Under the pieces are notes generated by a model. That model was not told where the DNA came from and ran no database searches. It saw only the letters and a list, made by a program, of their open reading frames with translations. 64,000 nucleotides of DNA. It comes from a virus. The stretch is from IMG/VR virus record IMGVR_UViG_3300027751_000015, positions 1,813 through 65,812 of that record. The stretch is one strand, 5' to 3'. A program made the position numbers and the translations under genes. This document shows, in pieces, positions 45,055-53,675 of the stretch (the stretch's first letter is position 1; each line of letters starts with the position of its first letter).

Positions 45055-45692
45055 AAAATTATGTTATTACAATACTTACGAATCGTAAATCTGTTGAATC
45101 GGCTGAAAGATGTATAGAATCCGGTAAAAAAAGAGGAATCTCGATTACCAAATGGGGTGCTACTGTTCCTAATACTCTTTTGCCTAGTTTACTTGAAGCA
45201 TCTGGCATTAAAGAAGAAGGCTTTAAAGAAAAATATTCTAGACTTGAAAATTGTATGGCAGCATTTCACTCTCATTGGTCTTTGTGGAAACACTGCACAG
45301 AGATAAAAGAAGAAATTACAATCTTTGAACACGATGCTGTAGTGGTTGATTACATTCCCAATATGGCATTTAATGGATGTATAAGTTTGGGCAAGCCTTC
45401 ATACGGCAAATTTAATATTCCGCCTCTACTGGGTAAAAACAAGCTAGTTTCTAAAAGATACTTTCCTGGTGCTCACGCATACAGAATTAATCCTTGGGGA
45501 GCTCAGCAGCTTATAAATCAAGCTCAAAAGTATGCAAGACCTACCGATGTCTTTCTACACATAGACACCTTTCCCTGGCTTGAAGAATATTATCCCTGGC
45601 CTGTAGAAGCAAGAGATACCTTTACTACTATTCAAAAAGAACAAGGTTGCTACGCTAAACATTCATGGAATGAAAATTATGAAATTATATAA
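45051..45692 (+). CDS. Glycosyltransferase family 25-like
   Basis: FHSHWSLW, IFEHDA, GAHAY.I.P.GA and PTD. Confidence 0.8.
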   Translation: MKNYVITILTNRKSVESAERCIESGKKRGISITKWGATVPNTLLPSLLEASGIKEEGFKEKYSRLENCMAAFHSHWSLWKHCTEIKEEITIFEHDAVVVDYIPNMAFNGCISLGKPSYGKFNIPPLLGKNKLVSKRYFPGAHAYRINPWGAQQLINQAQKYARPTDVFLHIDTFPWLEEYYPWPVEARDTFTTIQKEQGCYAKHSWNENYEII

Positions 45693-46311
45693 TAAACTTT
45701 TTATAACTGGTTGCGATTCAAATACTAAGTGGATGCTACCATGGTTTAAAGAAAAATTCTATAAGCATATGCCAAATGCGCATCTCGAAGTGTTTGATTT
45801 TGACACCAGGTTTTTAGGATGCCAGACATGGTTTAAAAAGCCTTCATCCATGATTGCAGCTTCTGGTATGGCTCGTAGTGTTTGCTGGCTAGATACTGAC
45901 TGCGAAATCAGATCTAACATTGAAGATATTTTTAACTATGCAGAACATAATAAATTAAGCTTAGTAGAAGATGTTCCGTGGACAAAACGCAGAGGCGAAA
46001 CGTGGCACAACAGCGGAGTGGTGGTATTTAAAGGACTACCTTCTATTTTAGCAAATTGGGCTAAAGTCTGTAAGATAAAAAGTAGTGAGTCGACTCACCC
46101 AATGTATGGTGACCAAGATATACTTCACGAACTAGTTGGCCAAAATTTAAATAGAATTGTAAGCATAATAGATATCCCAAGAGGTTATAACGTACTACGC
46201 CTAGATCTATTAGATAATACCAACCCTCCAAATATAAAGGTTATGCACTGGACTGGAGCTAAAGGTAAAGCAGAAATTAAAAAGCAAATGATTAGTGAGA
46301 CAATTAAATGA
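45670..46311 (+). CDS. Glycosyltransferase (GT-A)
   Basis: WFKKP, WLDTD, NSGVV, GDQDIL, YN..R and HWTG.KGK. Confidence 0.8.
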   Translation: MKIMKLYNKLFITGCDSNTKWMLPWFKEKFYKHMPNAHLEVFDFDTRFLGCQTWFKKPSSMIAASGMARSVCWLDTDCEIRSNIEDIFNYAEHNKLSLVEDVPWTKRRGETWHNSGVVVFKGLPSILANWAKVCKIKSSESTHPMYGDQDILHELVGQNLNRIVSIIDIPRGYNVLRLDLLDNTNPPNIKVMHWTGAKGKAEIKKQMISETIK

Positions 46312-46907
46312 GTAAAGTAGCGCATCTTATAGGAAATGGTGATAATGCTTCAATGTATAAACCGGCCAAAGGAATAAAGATAACATGTAATTTGCCTCCG
46401 TTTACTGTGCGTAATACTTATGCCACTACAATTGTTGATTTTAAAATGTGTAAGGCTATTACTGAAGGTAGTGTTGTTATACCTGGAGATTGGATTATGG
46501 GCTATAGGCCATCTATCTGGTATGATAAAAATGAAGGTAATTTTAAAATGAGATTTGGTTCTCAAATAAGAGAATTCTATAAGGTACTACCTGAGTATGC
46601 TAAGAATTACACAAACCTAAATTGCGGCCATTTCGCAGCTCACTATATTGCAAATAAAATAAAAGCTACAGAGATCCATTTGTATGGTTTCGATTCGCTT
46701 TTTGATATGAACCTAAGAAGCAGTACAGATTTTGTTCTTAACTCAGACCGCGGTGCAACAAATAACGTCAGATTAAACGATAATTGGAGGCCAATCTGGC
46801 AAGGGATTTTTAATGAGTTTAGCGATACACAATTTGTTTTATATCACAAGCACAATAATATTAAATTTAGTGTTCCAAAAAATGTTGAAATAAGAACAAA
46901 AAGTTAA
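46308..46907 (+). CDS. Glycosyltransferase/sialyltransferase-like protein
   Basis: LIGNG, CN, NCGHFA and IHLYGFD pattern. Confidence 0.55.
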   Translation: MSKVAHLIGNGDNASMYKPAKGIKITCNLPPFTVRNTYATTIVDFKMCKAITEGSVVIPGDWIMGYRPSIWYDKNEGNFKMRFGSQIREFYKVLPEYAKNYTNLNCGHFAAHYIANKIKATEIHLYGFDSLFDMNLRSSTDFVLNSDRGATNNVRLNDNWRPIWQGIFNEFSDTQFVLYHKHNNIKFSVPKNVEIRTKS

Positions 46908-46916
46908 AATTAACTG

Positions 46917-46945
46917 TGTACATTATCTTTCAGATGCTGTAGGAT
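46917..46945 (+). promoter_or_regulatory. Early promoter TGTACA-N17-TAGGAT
   Basis: 17-nt spacer. Confidence 0.7.
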
Positions 46946-46951
46946 CTGACT

Positions 46952-47320
46952 ATGATGATAGAGTTTGAAAATATACGATCCGTTAAGTTTCAAGATTTAA
47001 TCTGTGACGTAATGGAGTTTGGACGTAAAAAATTATTTCCGCGCCATAAACACGTTTATATAAATATTATTGCAATGCGCAATAAAGGAGTATATGGCGA
47101 CTGCATGTATGAAGACGATCGTGACTTCACGATCCGCTTTGATACAACCCTTTCCCAAAAAGAAATCGTAACCACACTTTTGCATGAACTCGTTCATGTT
47201 AAACAGTATCTCTATAAAGAAGAGATGGATTATGATCTTCCGTATGAGAAAAGGCCGCATGAAATTGAAGCGCTTGTAAAGGAGAAACAATTAACGGAGG
47301 CTTACTATGGCCAAACGTAA
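46952..47320 (+). CDS. Zincin-like metallopeptidase-motif protein
   Basis: TLLHELVHVKQY (HExxH) and PHEIEA. Confidence 0.7.
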   Translation: MMIEFENIRSVKFQDLICDVMEFGRKKLFPRHKHVYINIIAMRNKGVYGDCMYEDDRDFTIRFDTTLSQKEIVTTLLHELVHVKQYLYKEEMDYDLPYEKRPHEIEALVKEKQLTEAYYGQT

Positions 47321-47615
47321 AGAAGATCGAATATTTGACAAAGACTGTGGAGATCTAATTGACGACAATATTAATATGACAGTACCATGGTATCTTATGG
47401 CTTCATATGCATATTATGAAGAAGATCGTCCTATACTGTCGGATAGCTATTTTGACAGACTAACAAAGAAAATGTTAGAATATTGGGATAATATTGATCA
47501 TTTCCATAAGGATTGTATAAGTAAAGATATGCTACAAGCTGGTACATTTTTAGGTGAGTACCCAAGTAGAGTAAAATATGGACTTCAAGCATTAAGAGGT
47601 AAAGATGGCAGATAG
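47307..47615 (+). CDS. Stand-alone NAD-dependent DNA ligase domain Ia-like protein
   Basis: ASYAYYEEDRPILSDSYFD resembles YY..D.P.ISD.EYD. Confidence 0.6.
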   Translation: MAKRKEDRIFDKDCGDLIDDNINMTVPWYLMASYAYYEEDRPILSDSYFDRLTKKMLEYWDNIDHFHKDCISKDMLQAGTFLGEYPSRVKYGLQALRGKDGR

Positions 47616-47752
47616 CGATGATCCTTGTGATGACGTAACTGATAGTCCAGCAGAATGGTTAGGTTGGGTAAAAATTAACAAAGAATATAAAAAAGAAGAA
47701 GTGGAAACAGTACCGCCTTCATATGCTCGTTTTGAACACGGATAAAAAAATT

Positions 47753-47840
47753 ATAAGCCGTTGTTTCTAAACTAAACAAAAACGCATAAAAGCGAAAATA
47801 AACGTGTACATTGCTTTCAACATGCTGTATAAAGGTTATA
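47753..47840 (+). repeat. Early-promoter cassette repeat, copy A (TGTACA 47805, TATAAA 47828)
   Basis: 79/88 identical, ungapped, to 55229-55316 (hand alignment). Confidence 0.85.
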
Positions 47841-47856
47841 TCAAAAGGAGAAAACA

Positions 47857-48114
47857 ATGTCAAAATTCGGAATCAACTTTGTAAATGCTTGTAACGCTGG
47901 TCTTAGCTTTCGTATTCAAACCGCTGAAGGTGAAATCGAACGTCGTGCAGATGATACTGCTGATGGTGTATATTTGGTAGAGCGTTACGGCATTGCTTCT
48001 GATTGCTATCTTTCTTCAGATATGGATTTCGCATCTGAAGAAGGTTTTGCTGATGACGATGGAGCTAAAAAGTTTTTTAACCGTATCATGAACAACGTAT
48101 GTGAGGCAGCTTAA
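47857..48114 (+). CDS. Hypothetical early protein
   Basis: AAGGAG SD. Confidence 0.7.
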   Translation: MSKFGINFVNACNAGLSFRIQTAEGEIERRADDTADGVYLVERYGIASDCYLSSDMDFASEEGFADDDGAKKFFNRIMNNVCEAA

Positions 48115-48314
48115 TGTTTGATTCTGAATTCGTAACCGCCTTTGAAAAAGCGTGCAATAACTATGTTAACCAAACTCCTGATGGCACAGTCATATGGAAC
48201 TATGTTGAGTCTGATTTGGCTCTTGACGGTTGGATAGAAAAATTAGGTGAAAGCTTTAATTCGTTCTTTGACGATATGGCAGATCAATTCTTAGCTGCTA
48301 AGAGGGCTGTGTAA
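48114..48314 (+). CDS. Hypothetical early protein
   Basis: TAATG coupling. Confidence 0.65.
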   Translation: MFDSEFVTAFEKACNNYVNQTPDGTVIWNYVESDLALDGWIEKLGESFNSFFDDMADQFLAAKRAV

Positions 48315-48553
48315 TGAAGCCTTGGATTCAATCAACTCGTAATGGATTTGAAATGTCTGTAGATGAAATCGAACGCATATATGCTGAGACTGTTCAAGGT
48401 GAACAATCTATTATGGTTCAAAAAGACATGAAGCAGTGGGCTCTTAAAGAAGGTATGTGGCCTCATAGTCATTATGATAATATCAAAAGCGGGCATGCTG
48501 ATGCTCGTGGCTGGACTCAAGAAGGATTCACCGGAATGGAGATATGCGAATGA
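48314..48553 (+). CDS. Hypothetical early protein
   Basis: TAATG coupling. Confidence 0.65.
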   Translation: MKPWIQSTRNGFEMSVDEIERIYAETVQGEQSIMVQKDMKQWALKEGMWPHSHYDNIKSGHADARGWTQEGFTGMEICE

Positions 48554-48765
48554 AAATAACTGATTATTCAAGTATGGCCATGAATATTATATCGAATGGT
48601 TGGCATTTGCCTTTAGTTAATGGCAAAGTTAACAGTAGTAATATTGAAGATAAAATTGTAATAGGCATATATAATAAAGATCTTGGCCCGATACTTGCTG
48701 AAGAGGCTGATTTAGTAATTCAGCTAGTGGAAGAATTAGTAGCCGAGTATGGAGAAAAAACATGA
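48544..48765 (+). CDS. Hypothetical protein
   Basis: Coupled ORF. Confidence 0.55.
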   Translation: MRMKITDYSSMAMNIISNGWHLPLVNGKVNSSNIEDKIVIGIYNKDLGPILAEEADLVIQLVEELVAEYGEKT

Positions 48766-49202
48766 AACTAATATTAGCCAGTGCGGCACTGTTTGCCGCC
48801 ACTTCTGTTTCTGCAGAAGTAACTAAGATCAAAATTTATGATCACACTAAAACCGTGACACAATCCGTGCCGGTATCCGAACGGAGATGTCAAGACATTA
48901 AGGTTCCTATCTACCAACAAGGTGGCCAAGCATCTGGTGGTGACGTACTACTTGGTGCTATCCTCGGCGGTTTACTTGGCGGAGGAGTATCTGGTAAAGA
49001 CGAAGGTGCTGCTATTGGTGCTTTAGGTGGCGCAATCATTGCGAATGAATCTGCTAAAGGTCCTAAGGTAACTGGATATGAAATTCAGCGGCAATGCAGT
49101 GATGTAGTTGTATATCAGAATTCTAATGTAGAAATATATAGTCATTCTACCATCCGCTTCTTCGTAGACGGAAAACGGTATGTAGTACCGTTTCAGAAAT
49201 AA
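48762..49202 (+). CDS. Secreted glycine-zipper protein
   Basis: Signal peptide; GAILGGLLGGG...GAAIGALGGAII. Confidence 0.75.
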   Translation: MKLILASAALFAATSVSAEVTKIKIYDHTKTVTQSVPVSERRCQDIKVPIYQQGGQASGGDVLLGAILGGLLGGGVSGKDEGAAIGALGGAIIANESAKGPKVTGYEIQRQCSDVVVYQNSNVEIYSHSTIRFFVDGKRYVVPFQK

Positions 49203-49210
49203 TTGAATAA

Positions 49211-49287
49211 GCTCCGATAGCTCAATTGGTTAGAGCGCCCCGCTCATAACGGGTCGGTTGCAGGTTCGAGTCCTGCTGGGAGCACCA
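49211..49287 (+). tRNA. tRNA with CAT anticodon (Ile2 or elongator Met)
   Basis: Cloverleaf with CTCATAA loop, GTTCGAGTCC T-loop and encoded CCA; G:G mismatch in acceptor stem. Confidence 0.85.
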
Positions 49288-49292
49288 TAAAT

Positions 49293-49369
49293 GAATACGT
49301 AGCTCAGCTGGATAGAGCAAGTGCCTTCTAAGCACTAGGTCGAGGGTTCGAATCCTTCCGTGTTCGCCA
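49293..49369 (+). tRNA. tRNA-Arg(TCT)
   Basis: GAATACG/CGTGTTC acceptor, AGTGC-CTTCTAA-GCACT anticodon arm and CCA. Confidence 0.93.
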
Positions 49370-49375
49370 AATAAA

Positions 49376-49452
49376 CTCGGTGTAGCGCAGTCTGGTAGCG
49401 CGCCTGCTTTGGGAGCAGGATGTCAGAGGTTCGAATCCTTTCATCGAGACCA
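49376..49452 (+). tRNA. tRNA-Pro(TGG)
   Basis: CTCGGTG/CATCGAG acceptor, CCTGC-TTTGGGA-GCAGG anticodon arm and CCA. Confidence 0.93.
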
Positions 49453-49473
49453 ATCACAAACAGGAGAAATAAA

Positions 49474-49749
49474 TTGGAAATAATTGTAGTATGGTTCTTG
49501 TCAATGGCGGCAATGAACACAGAAATAGAAAAAAATAAAAGTAGTATTGAGAACTTAAATGCAGAGATAGTAATGCTTCAAGTTGAAAATACCATTATTA
49601 ATGAACAACTTGCTGATCACGAACAAACTATTATTAATACTGCTGCATCGCACTCTGCGTTCTATGCTCGTCAGCAAATTGATAATGATGTGTTTGAGGA
49701 TTCTATTGAAATCCTTAATCAAAGGTTAAATATGCTAGAAAAGCCCTAA
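49474..49749 (+). CDS. Membrane-anchored coiled-coil protein
   Basis: AGGAG SD then TTG 49474; the track start lies inside tRNA-Pro. Confidence 0.6.
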   Translation: MEIIVVWFLSMAAMNTEIEKNKSSIENLNAEIVMLQVENTIINEQLADHEQTIINTAASHSAFYARQQIDNDVFEDSIEILNQRLNMLEKP

Positions 49750-49750
49750 T

Positions 49751-50353
49751 ATGAATTATTTTGAGCTATATGGATTACAGAGGTCTGGTACAACTTGGTT
49801 GAAATCTCTTCTTGAACTAAACTTTGATTGTTCCGAACTTAATTCATATCACAAGCATACGCTAGATCCTAAATCATTTTCTTATCCGACTTGCGTGATA
49901 TTTAAATCCCCATATACTTGGGTAGAGTCTATAGTTTATAGGGAACCAGCAGATCTTCCTGTTCGGTTCCCTAAAATTTTAGAGCCAGGTAATTTCATGA
50001 TTGATAATTCTTATGGCGAATGTAATATCAACTTAGAAAATTTGGTGGATCTCTATTGTTCTTTTTATGATAATCATTCTTCAGTTGCTGATTATACATT
50101 TATATATGAAACGTTACTAGATGACATAGATCTACAGATTAAAGCTGGTGAGAATTTAGATTTGATAAGAAAAGATCAAGAGTGGCTAGAACCTCCACTA
50201 GGAGGATTTATGCAAGAAGCATTTACTAAAGATATGTACCCGTATTATAAAGCGCAAAAGCCTGAAAAACTTAGTAATTGCCATATTGAGATTATTAACA
50301 ATTTAATACCTAAAGATTTTTGGCTACAAACTAATCTTAAATATTGTAGTTAA
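49751..50353 (+). CDS. Sulfotransferase-family protein
   Basis: YGLQRSGTTWL PAPS-binding loop, K.PY.WVES and YETL. Confidence 0.75.
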   Translation: MNYFELYGLQRSGTTWLKSLLELNFDCSELNSYHKHTLDPKSFSYPTCVIFKSPYTWVESIVYREPADLPVRFPKILEPGNFMIDNSYGECNINLENLVDLYCSFYDNHSSVADYTFIYETLLDDIDLQIKAGENLDLIRKDQEWLEPPLGGFMQEAFTKDMYPYYKAQKPEKLSNCHIEIINNLIPKDFWLQTNLKYCS

Positions 50354-50357
50354 AACC

Positions 50358-50365
50358 TATAAATA
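50358..50365 (+). promoter_or_regulatory. T4-type late promoter TATAAATA
   Basis: Exact consensus. Confidence 0.7.
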
Positions 50366-50399
50366 TAGTTTAATCATAATAATAAAGATAGGTTAAACT

Positions 50400-50894
50400 A
50401 TGTCAATGAATCAAAATAAGTACGATGTAATTGTAATAAAAGTAGTAGATGGCGATACTGTCGATGTAGATATCGATTTGGGTTTTGGCATATGTTTGAA
50501 AGACGAACGTGTAAGAGTGATGGGTATCGATACTCCAGAATCTCGAACGTCTGATAGAGTTGAAGACTTATTTGGCGAAGCTGCAAAAGCCCGTTTAAAG
50601 GAACTTATGAAACACGGTGGGAAACTTATCACCACAGAAAATAAGCATGGCGAAGATATGAAGGGTAAATTCGGACGTATTCTTGGAGATTTTGAAGTAG
50701 ATTACCACGGTGAAATGAAAAGAGTCACTGAAATTATGACTCTTGAAGGTCACTGTGTACCATATTTCGGTGGTAGTAAAGAAGAAACCCAAGCAGCTCA
50801 TATGGTAAACAGAGCACGCCTCATTGCTGAAGGCATAGTCTCTCAAGACGATGTTGATGCTGCTCAGGCTAAAATGGATAAAAAGAAGAAATAA
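50400..50894 (+). CDS. Staphylococcal nuclease (SNase/thermonuclease)-like protein
   Basis: VVDGDT, RVMGIDTPE and GKFGRILG. Confidence 0.9.
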   Translation: MSMNQNKYDVIVIKVVDGDTVDVDIDLGFGICLKDERVRVMGIDTPESRTSDRVEDLFGEAAKARLKELMKHGGKLITTENKHGEDMKGKFGRILGDFEVDYHGEMKRVTEIMTLEGHCVPYFGGSKEETQAAHMVNRARLIAEGIVSQDDVDAAQAKMDKKKK

Positions 50895-51269
50895 TTACTT
50901 CTTATCTTCTTTAGGACTTTTTCCCTTTGAATAGGCTTGGGCTCCAAAGAATGCTGCTACTAGGCCGGCGATTGCTACAAAGTATGTAGGAGCAATATCA
51001 CCTACTATTTTAGCAGCGCTGTCTACGCCTAATATACTAGTAAGTAGAATAAGTACAGGATAAAGAAGCATGCCCCATAGAGCAAACCATGCCATAGACC
51101 TTATCTGGTCTTCCTTAGCATCTTCGTTCTCTTGCATTTTCTTTTTATGTTCCCATTCTGCTATTTCTTTAGCGCGGGACATTTCTTCGTCAGTAATAAT
51201 TCCGTCGCCATCAGTATCGAGGTGGGCGTAGATGGAATCAGCTTCCATTACTTTAGCTTTTTTAGCCAT
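50895..51269 (-). CDS. EF-hand-containing membrane protein
   Basis: DTDGDGIITDEE canonical loop plus two TM segments; AGGAG SD. Confidence 0.75.
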   Translation of the reverse strand: MAKKAKVMEADSIYAHLDTDGDGIITDEEMSRAKEIAEWEHKKKMQENEDAKEDQIRSMAWFALWGMLLYPVLILLTSILGVDSAAKIVGDIAPTYFVAIAGLVAAFFGAQAYSKGKSPKEDKK

Positions 51270-51295
51270 ATTATTCTCCTATTCCTTTTCAATTG

Positions 51296-51303
51296 TATTT
51301 ATA
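51296..51303 (-). promoter_or_regulatory. T4-type late promoter TATAAATA (minus strand)
   Basis: TATTTATA on + strand, upstream of the EF-hand gene. Confidence 0.7.
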
Positions 51304-51332
51304 AGAAAGTAACATTATGCAGGAAAGATACC

Positions 51333-51554
51333 ATGAGTATATCAAAAGAAAATTCAAAGAAGAGCGTGAAAGATTGGAACTGGCTGCAGATAGATCGTTA
51401 TCTGTGGGAGCTGATATCGAAGTGGAACGGGAAACCTACTACCAAAAAGAAGATACTTGAAGTAGTAATGAAGAAATTTTCGTGGACAGAAAAACAAACA
51501 AAAATAGCATGCGCTATGCATTTTAAGGTGTACAATAGTCGTAAAACAAAGTAG
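51333..51554 (+). CDS. Hypothetical protein
   Basis: AGGAAAG SD before ATG 51333. Confidence 0.55.
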   Translation: MSISKENSKKSVKDWNWLQIDRYLWELISKWNGKPTTKKKILEVVMKKFSWTEKQTKIACAMHFKVYNSRKTK

Positions 51555-51557
51555 AAT
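51529..51557 (+). promoter_or_regulatory. Promoter TGTACA-N17-TAGAAT
   Basis: 17-nt spacer. Confidence 0.7.
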
Positions 51558-51580
51558 AATCCCAGTGAAAAGGAGTTATC

Positions 51581-52150
51581 ATGAATATATTTGTACTACA
51601 CGAAGACCCAAGAATTGCTGCCGAATTACAGTGTGATAAACACGTAGTAAAGATGATCGTAGAATCTGCTCAGATGTTATCCACGGCGCACCGTATGCTT
51701 GATGGCTATATGGAAATGCGACCATCTAAATCTGGTAAGCGCATGGTCAAATACTGGGTTCATAAAAATAGTAATCTTGAAAACGTGTTATATCGAGCTG
51801 TTCATCATGGGCATCCTTGTACCGTATGGACAATGAAAACAAATGCTAACTATGAATGGCATTACAAACACTTTGTATCCTTATGTGACGAATATCAGCA
51901 TCGCTATAATAAAGTGCATTCAACTGATACTCTTCTTCGAGAAGTATTACGTCGAGCACCTACAAATACTAATTGGTCAAATCAATACACGCCATTTGCT
52001 CTTGCTATGCAACACGAACCACAATGCATTCACGAAGATGATCCGGTTCGTTCATATCAAGAGTATTATCAAACCAAACAAGATCGATTCAAAATGGTTT
52101 GGACAAATCGCAACGTACCTAAATGGTTTAATTTTGCTGTAAGTGCTTGA
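51581..52150 (+). CDS. Pyrimidine-dimer DNA glycosylase-like (DenV family)
   Basis: MNIF.L..DP..AA...CDKHVVKMI.ESAQMLSTAH and HPCT.W. Confidence 0.8.
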   Translation: MNIFVLHEDPRIAAELQCDKHVVKMIVESAQMLSTAHRMLDGYMEMRPSKSGKRMVKYWVHKNSNLENVLYRAVHHGHPCTVWTMKTNANYEWHYKHFVSLCDEYQHRYNKVHSTDTLLREVLRRAPTNTNWSNQYTPFALAMQHEPQCIHEDDPVRSYQEYYQTKQDRFKMVWTNRNVPKWFNFAVSA

Positions 52151-52172
52151 AAACAAACGAGGAGGAGAGTTT

Positions 52173-52871
52173 GTGAATAAATTTGTATTTGATGTAGACG
52201 GTACACTTACACCAAGCAGACAATCTATTGATCCAAAGTTTAGTGAATTCTTTCTTGAATTCTGTAATACACATGATGTATACTTAGTTACGGGTTCTGA
52301 TAAAGATAAAACTGTCGAACAGTTAGGAGAAGAGTTATACAATATAGTAAAGGTTGCGTATAACTGTTCCGGTAATGATGTTTACAGTCACGGCGTTAAT
52401 ATACGCTCTAATAACTGGACTGCACCAGAAAGTTTAATAACATTTTTGCAAGGTCGGTTGCAAACTAGTAGCTTTCCATTAAGGACAGGCAACCATATCG
52501 AACAACGTCCTGGATGTTTGAATTTTAGTATTATAGGACGTAACTGTACATTAGAACAACGAAAAGATTATATTAAGCATGACTTATCATACAAAGAACG
52601 TGAAAGTATTGCATTTCACGTTAATTTTGATTATGAAGACTTAACAGCAGCAGTCGGAGGCGAGACTGGTATTGATATCTATCCTACCGGATTTGATAAA
52701 TCGCAAATTATAAAAGATTTTAATTCTTTCGATCGAATCATATTCTTTGGTGATAAAATAGAACAAGGCGGAAATGATTATCCGCTGGCTAAAATATTAA
52801 AGCACCCAAGTAGGTCGCACACTGTAAAGGACTGGCAAGATACGTGGAGGATTTTAAAAGAAAATTACTAA
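52173..52871 (+). CDS. HAD-IIB phosphomannomutase-like protein
   Basis: FDVDGTLTPSRQ, VTGSD, E.R.G.LNFSIIGR, FFGDK and GGNDYPL; GGAGGAG SD then GTG. Confidence 0.85.
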   Translation: MNKFVFDVDGTLTPSRQSIDPKFSEFFLEFCNTHDVYLVTGSDKDKTVEQLGEELYNIVKVAYNCSGNDVYSHGVNIRSNNWTAPESLITFLQGRLQTSSFPLRTGNHIEQRPGCLNFSIIGRNCTLEQRKDYIKHDLSYKERESIAFHVNFDYEDLTAAVGGETGIDIYPTGFDKSQIIKDFNSFDRIIFFGDKIEQGGNDYPLAKILKHPSRSHTVKDWQDTWRILKENY

Positions 52872-52887
52872 GTTCGGCGCTTTTTTG

Positions 52888-52916
52888 TGTACATTCACTT
52901 CGTAATAGTGTAAGAT
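52888..52916 (+). promoter_or_regulatory. Early promoter TGTACA-N17-TAAGAT
   Basis: Preceded by TTCGGCGC-T6, as at 8790 and 14997. Confidence 0.75.
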
Positions 52917-52922
52917 GTATAT

Positions 52923-53348
52923 ATGAAAAGGAGAAATACTATGGAATTTACTTACTCAGATGATCTTTGGTCAGACCTTCACAAAGACGTTCATGGCTTC
53001 CGGCCTTCTGAAATTTTCATGAAAAACCTTTTAGCGTTTGACGATGAAACAAAGCAAAATCTTTGGGATGCTCTGTGTGAGCAACTCGAAGAAAATACTA
53101 AAGCTAAGAAAGCAGCTGAAGTAGTTGCTGTCGAGAAGTTCGAAGCTCGTATCCAAGATATTATTAAGCTTGGTGCTGGTAATCGTACTAACGCTCTTTT
53201 GTGGATGTCTGGTACGGAGACTTTCTATCACATTCAAGATGTAGAGCATTTTGTCTGGGAACAAGGTATCTTGTTTACTAATTATGGTAAGCAGCTAGTT
53301 AAAGATCTTGCAGCGATCGTAGATTATAAGGAGTATGACTATGCGTGA
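52923..53348 (+). CDS. Hypothetical early protein
   Basis: Likely start ATG 52941 after AAGGAG; SDLHKDVHGFRP motif. Confidence 0.7.
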   Translation: MKRRNTMEFTYSDDLWSDLHKDVHGFRPSEIFMKNLLAFDDETKQNLWDALCEQLEENTKAKKAAEVVAVEKFEARIQDIIKLGAGNRTNALLWMSGTETFYHIQDVEHFVWEQGILFTNYGKQLVKDLAAIVDYKEYDYA

Positions 53349-53526
53349 TAAGAATGAGAATAAGTACTGGACTGTAAAGGCTTTCTTTTTCAAAAACGGA
53401 AAGTATGAATTACAAGAGTTCGCAGCTGGTCTTGCTCATAAGCAGGCTGGTGATTACTTTCGTAGGCTGCATGATACTAATGAGTATGCTAAGCTTACTA
53501 TGAGACCTACAGGAGGGGTAGCGTAA
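53335..53526 (+). CDS. Hypothetical protein
   Basis: AAGGAG SD. Confidence 0.6.
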   Translation: MTMRDKNENKYWTVKAFFFKNGKYELQEFAAGLAHKQAGDYFRRLHDTNEYAKLTMRPTGGVA

Positions 53527-53675
53527 TATGCAAATTAAAGGTGCAATGACTGTTTTAAATAAACAGTGCAATTTTCTAGGAATGGACTTTGATCAACTCA
53601 TCGAGTTCATTCAACGTGCCCCTTTGGCACAAACTGATTTAACTATCAGGGCTTATAAAGTTTGGAGAATTAATA

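Noticed and set aside
49335-49520. ORFs overlapping the tRNA cluster (49335-49520 minus; 5' part of 49420-49749)
   Set aside because: The sequence is explained by tRNA-Arg and tRNA-Pro; the real CDS start is probably TTG 49474.
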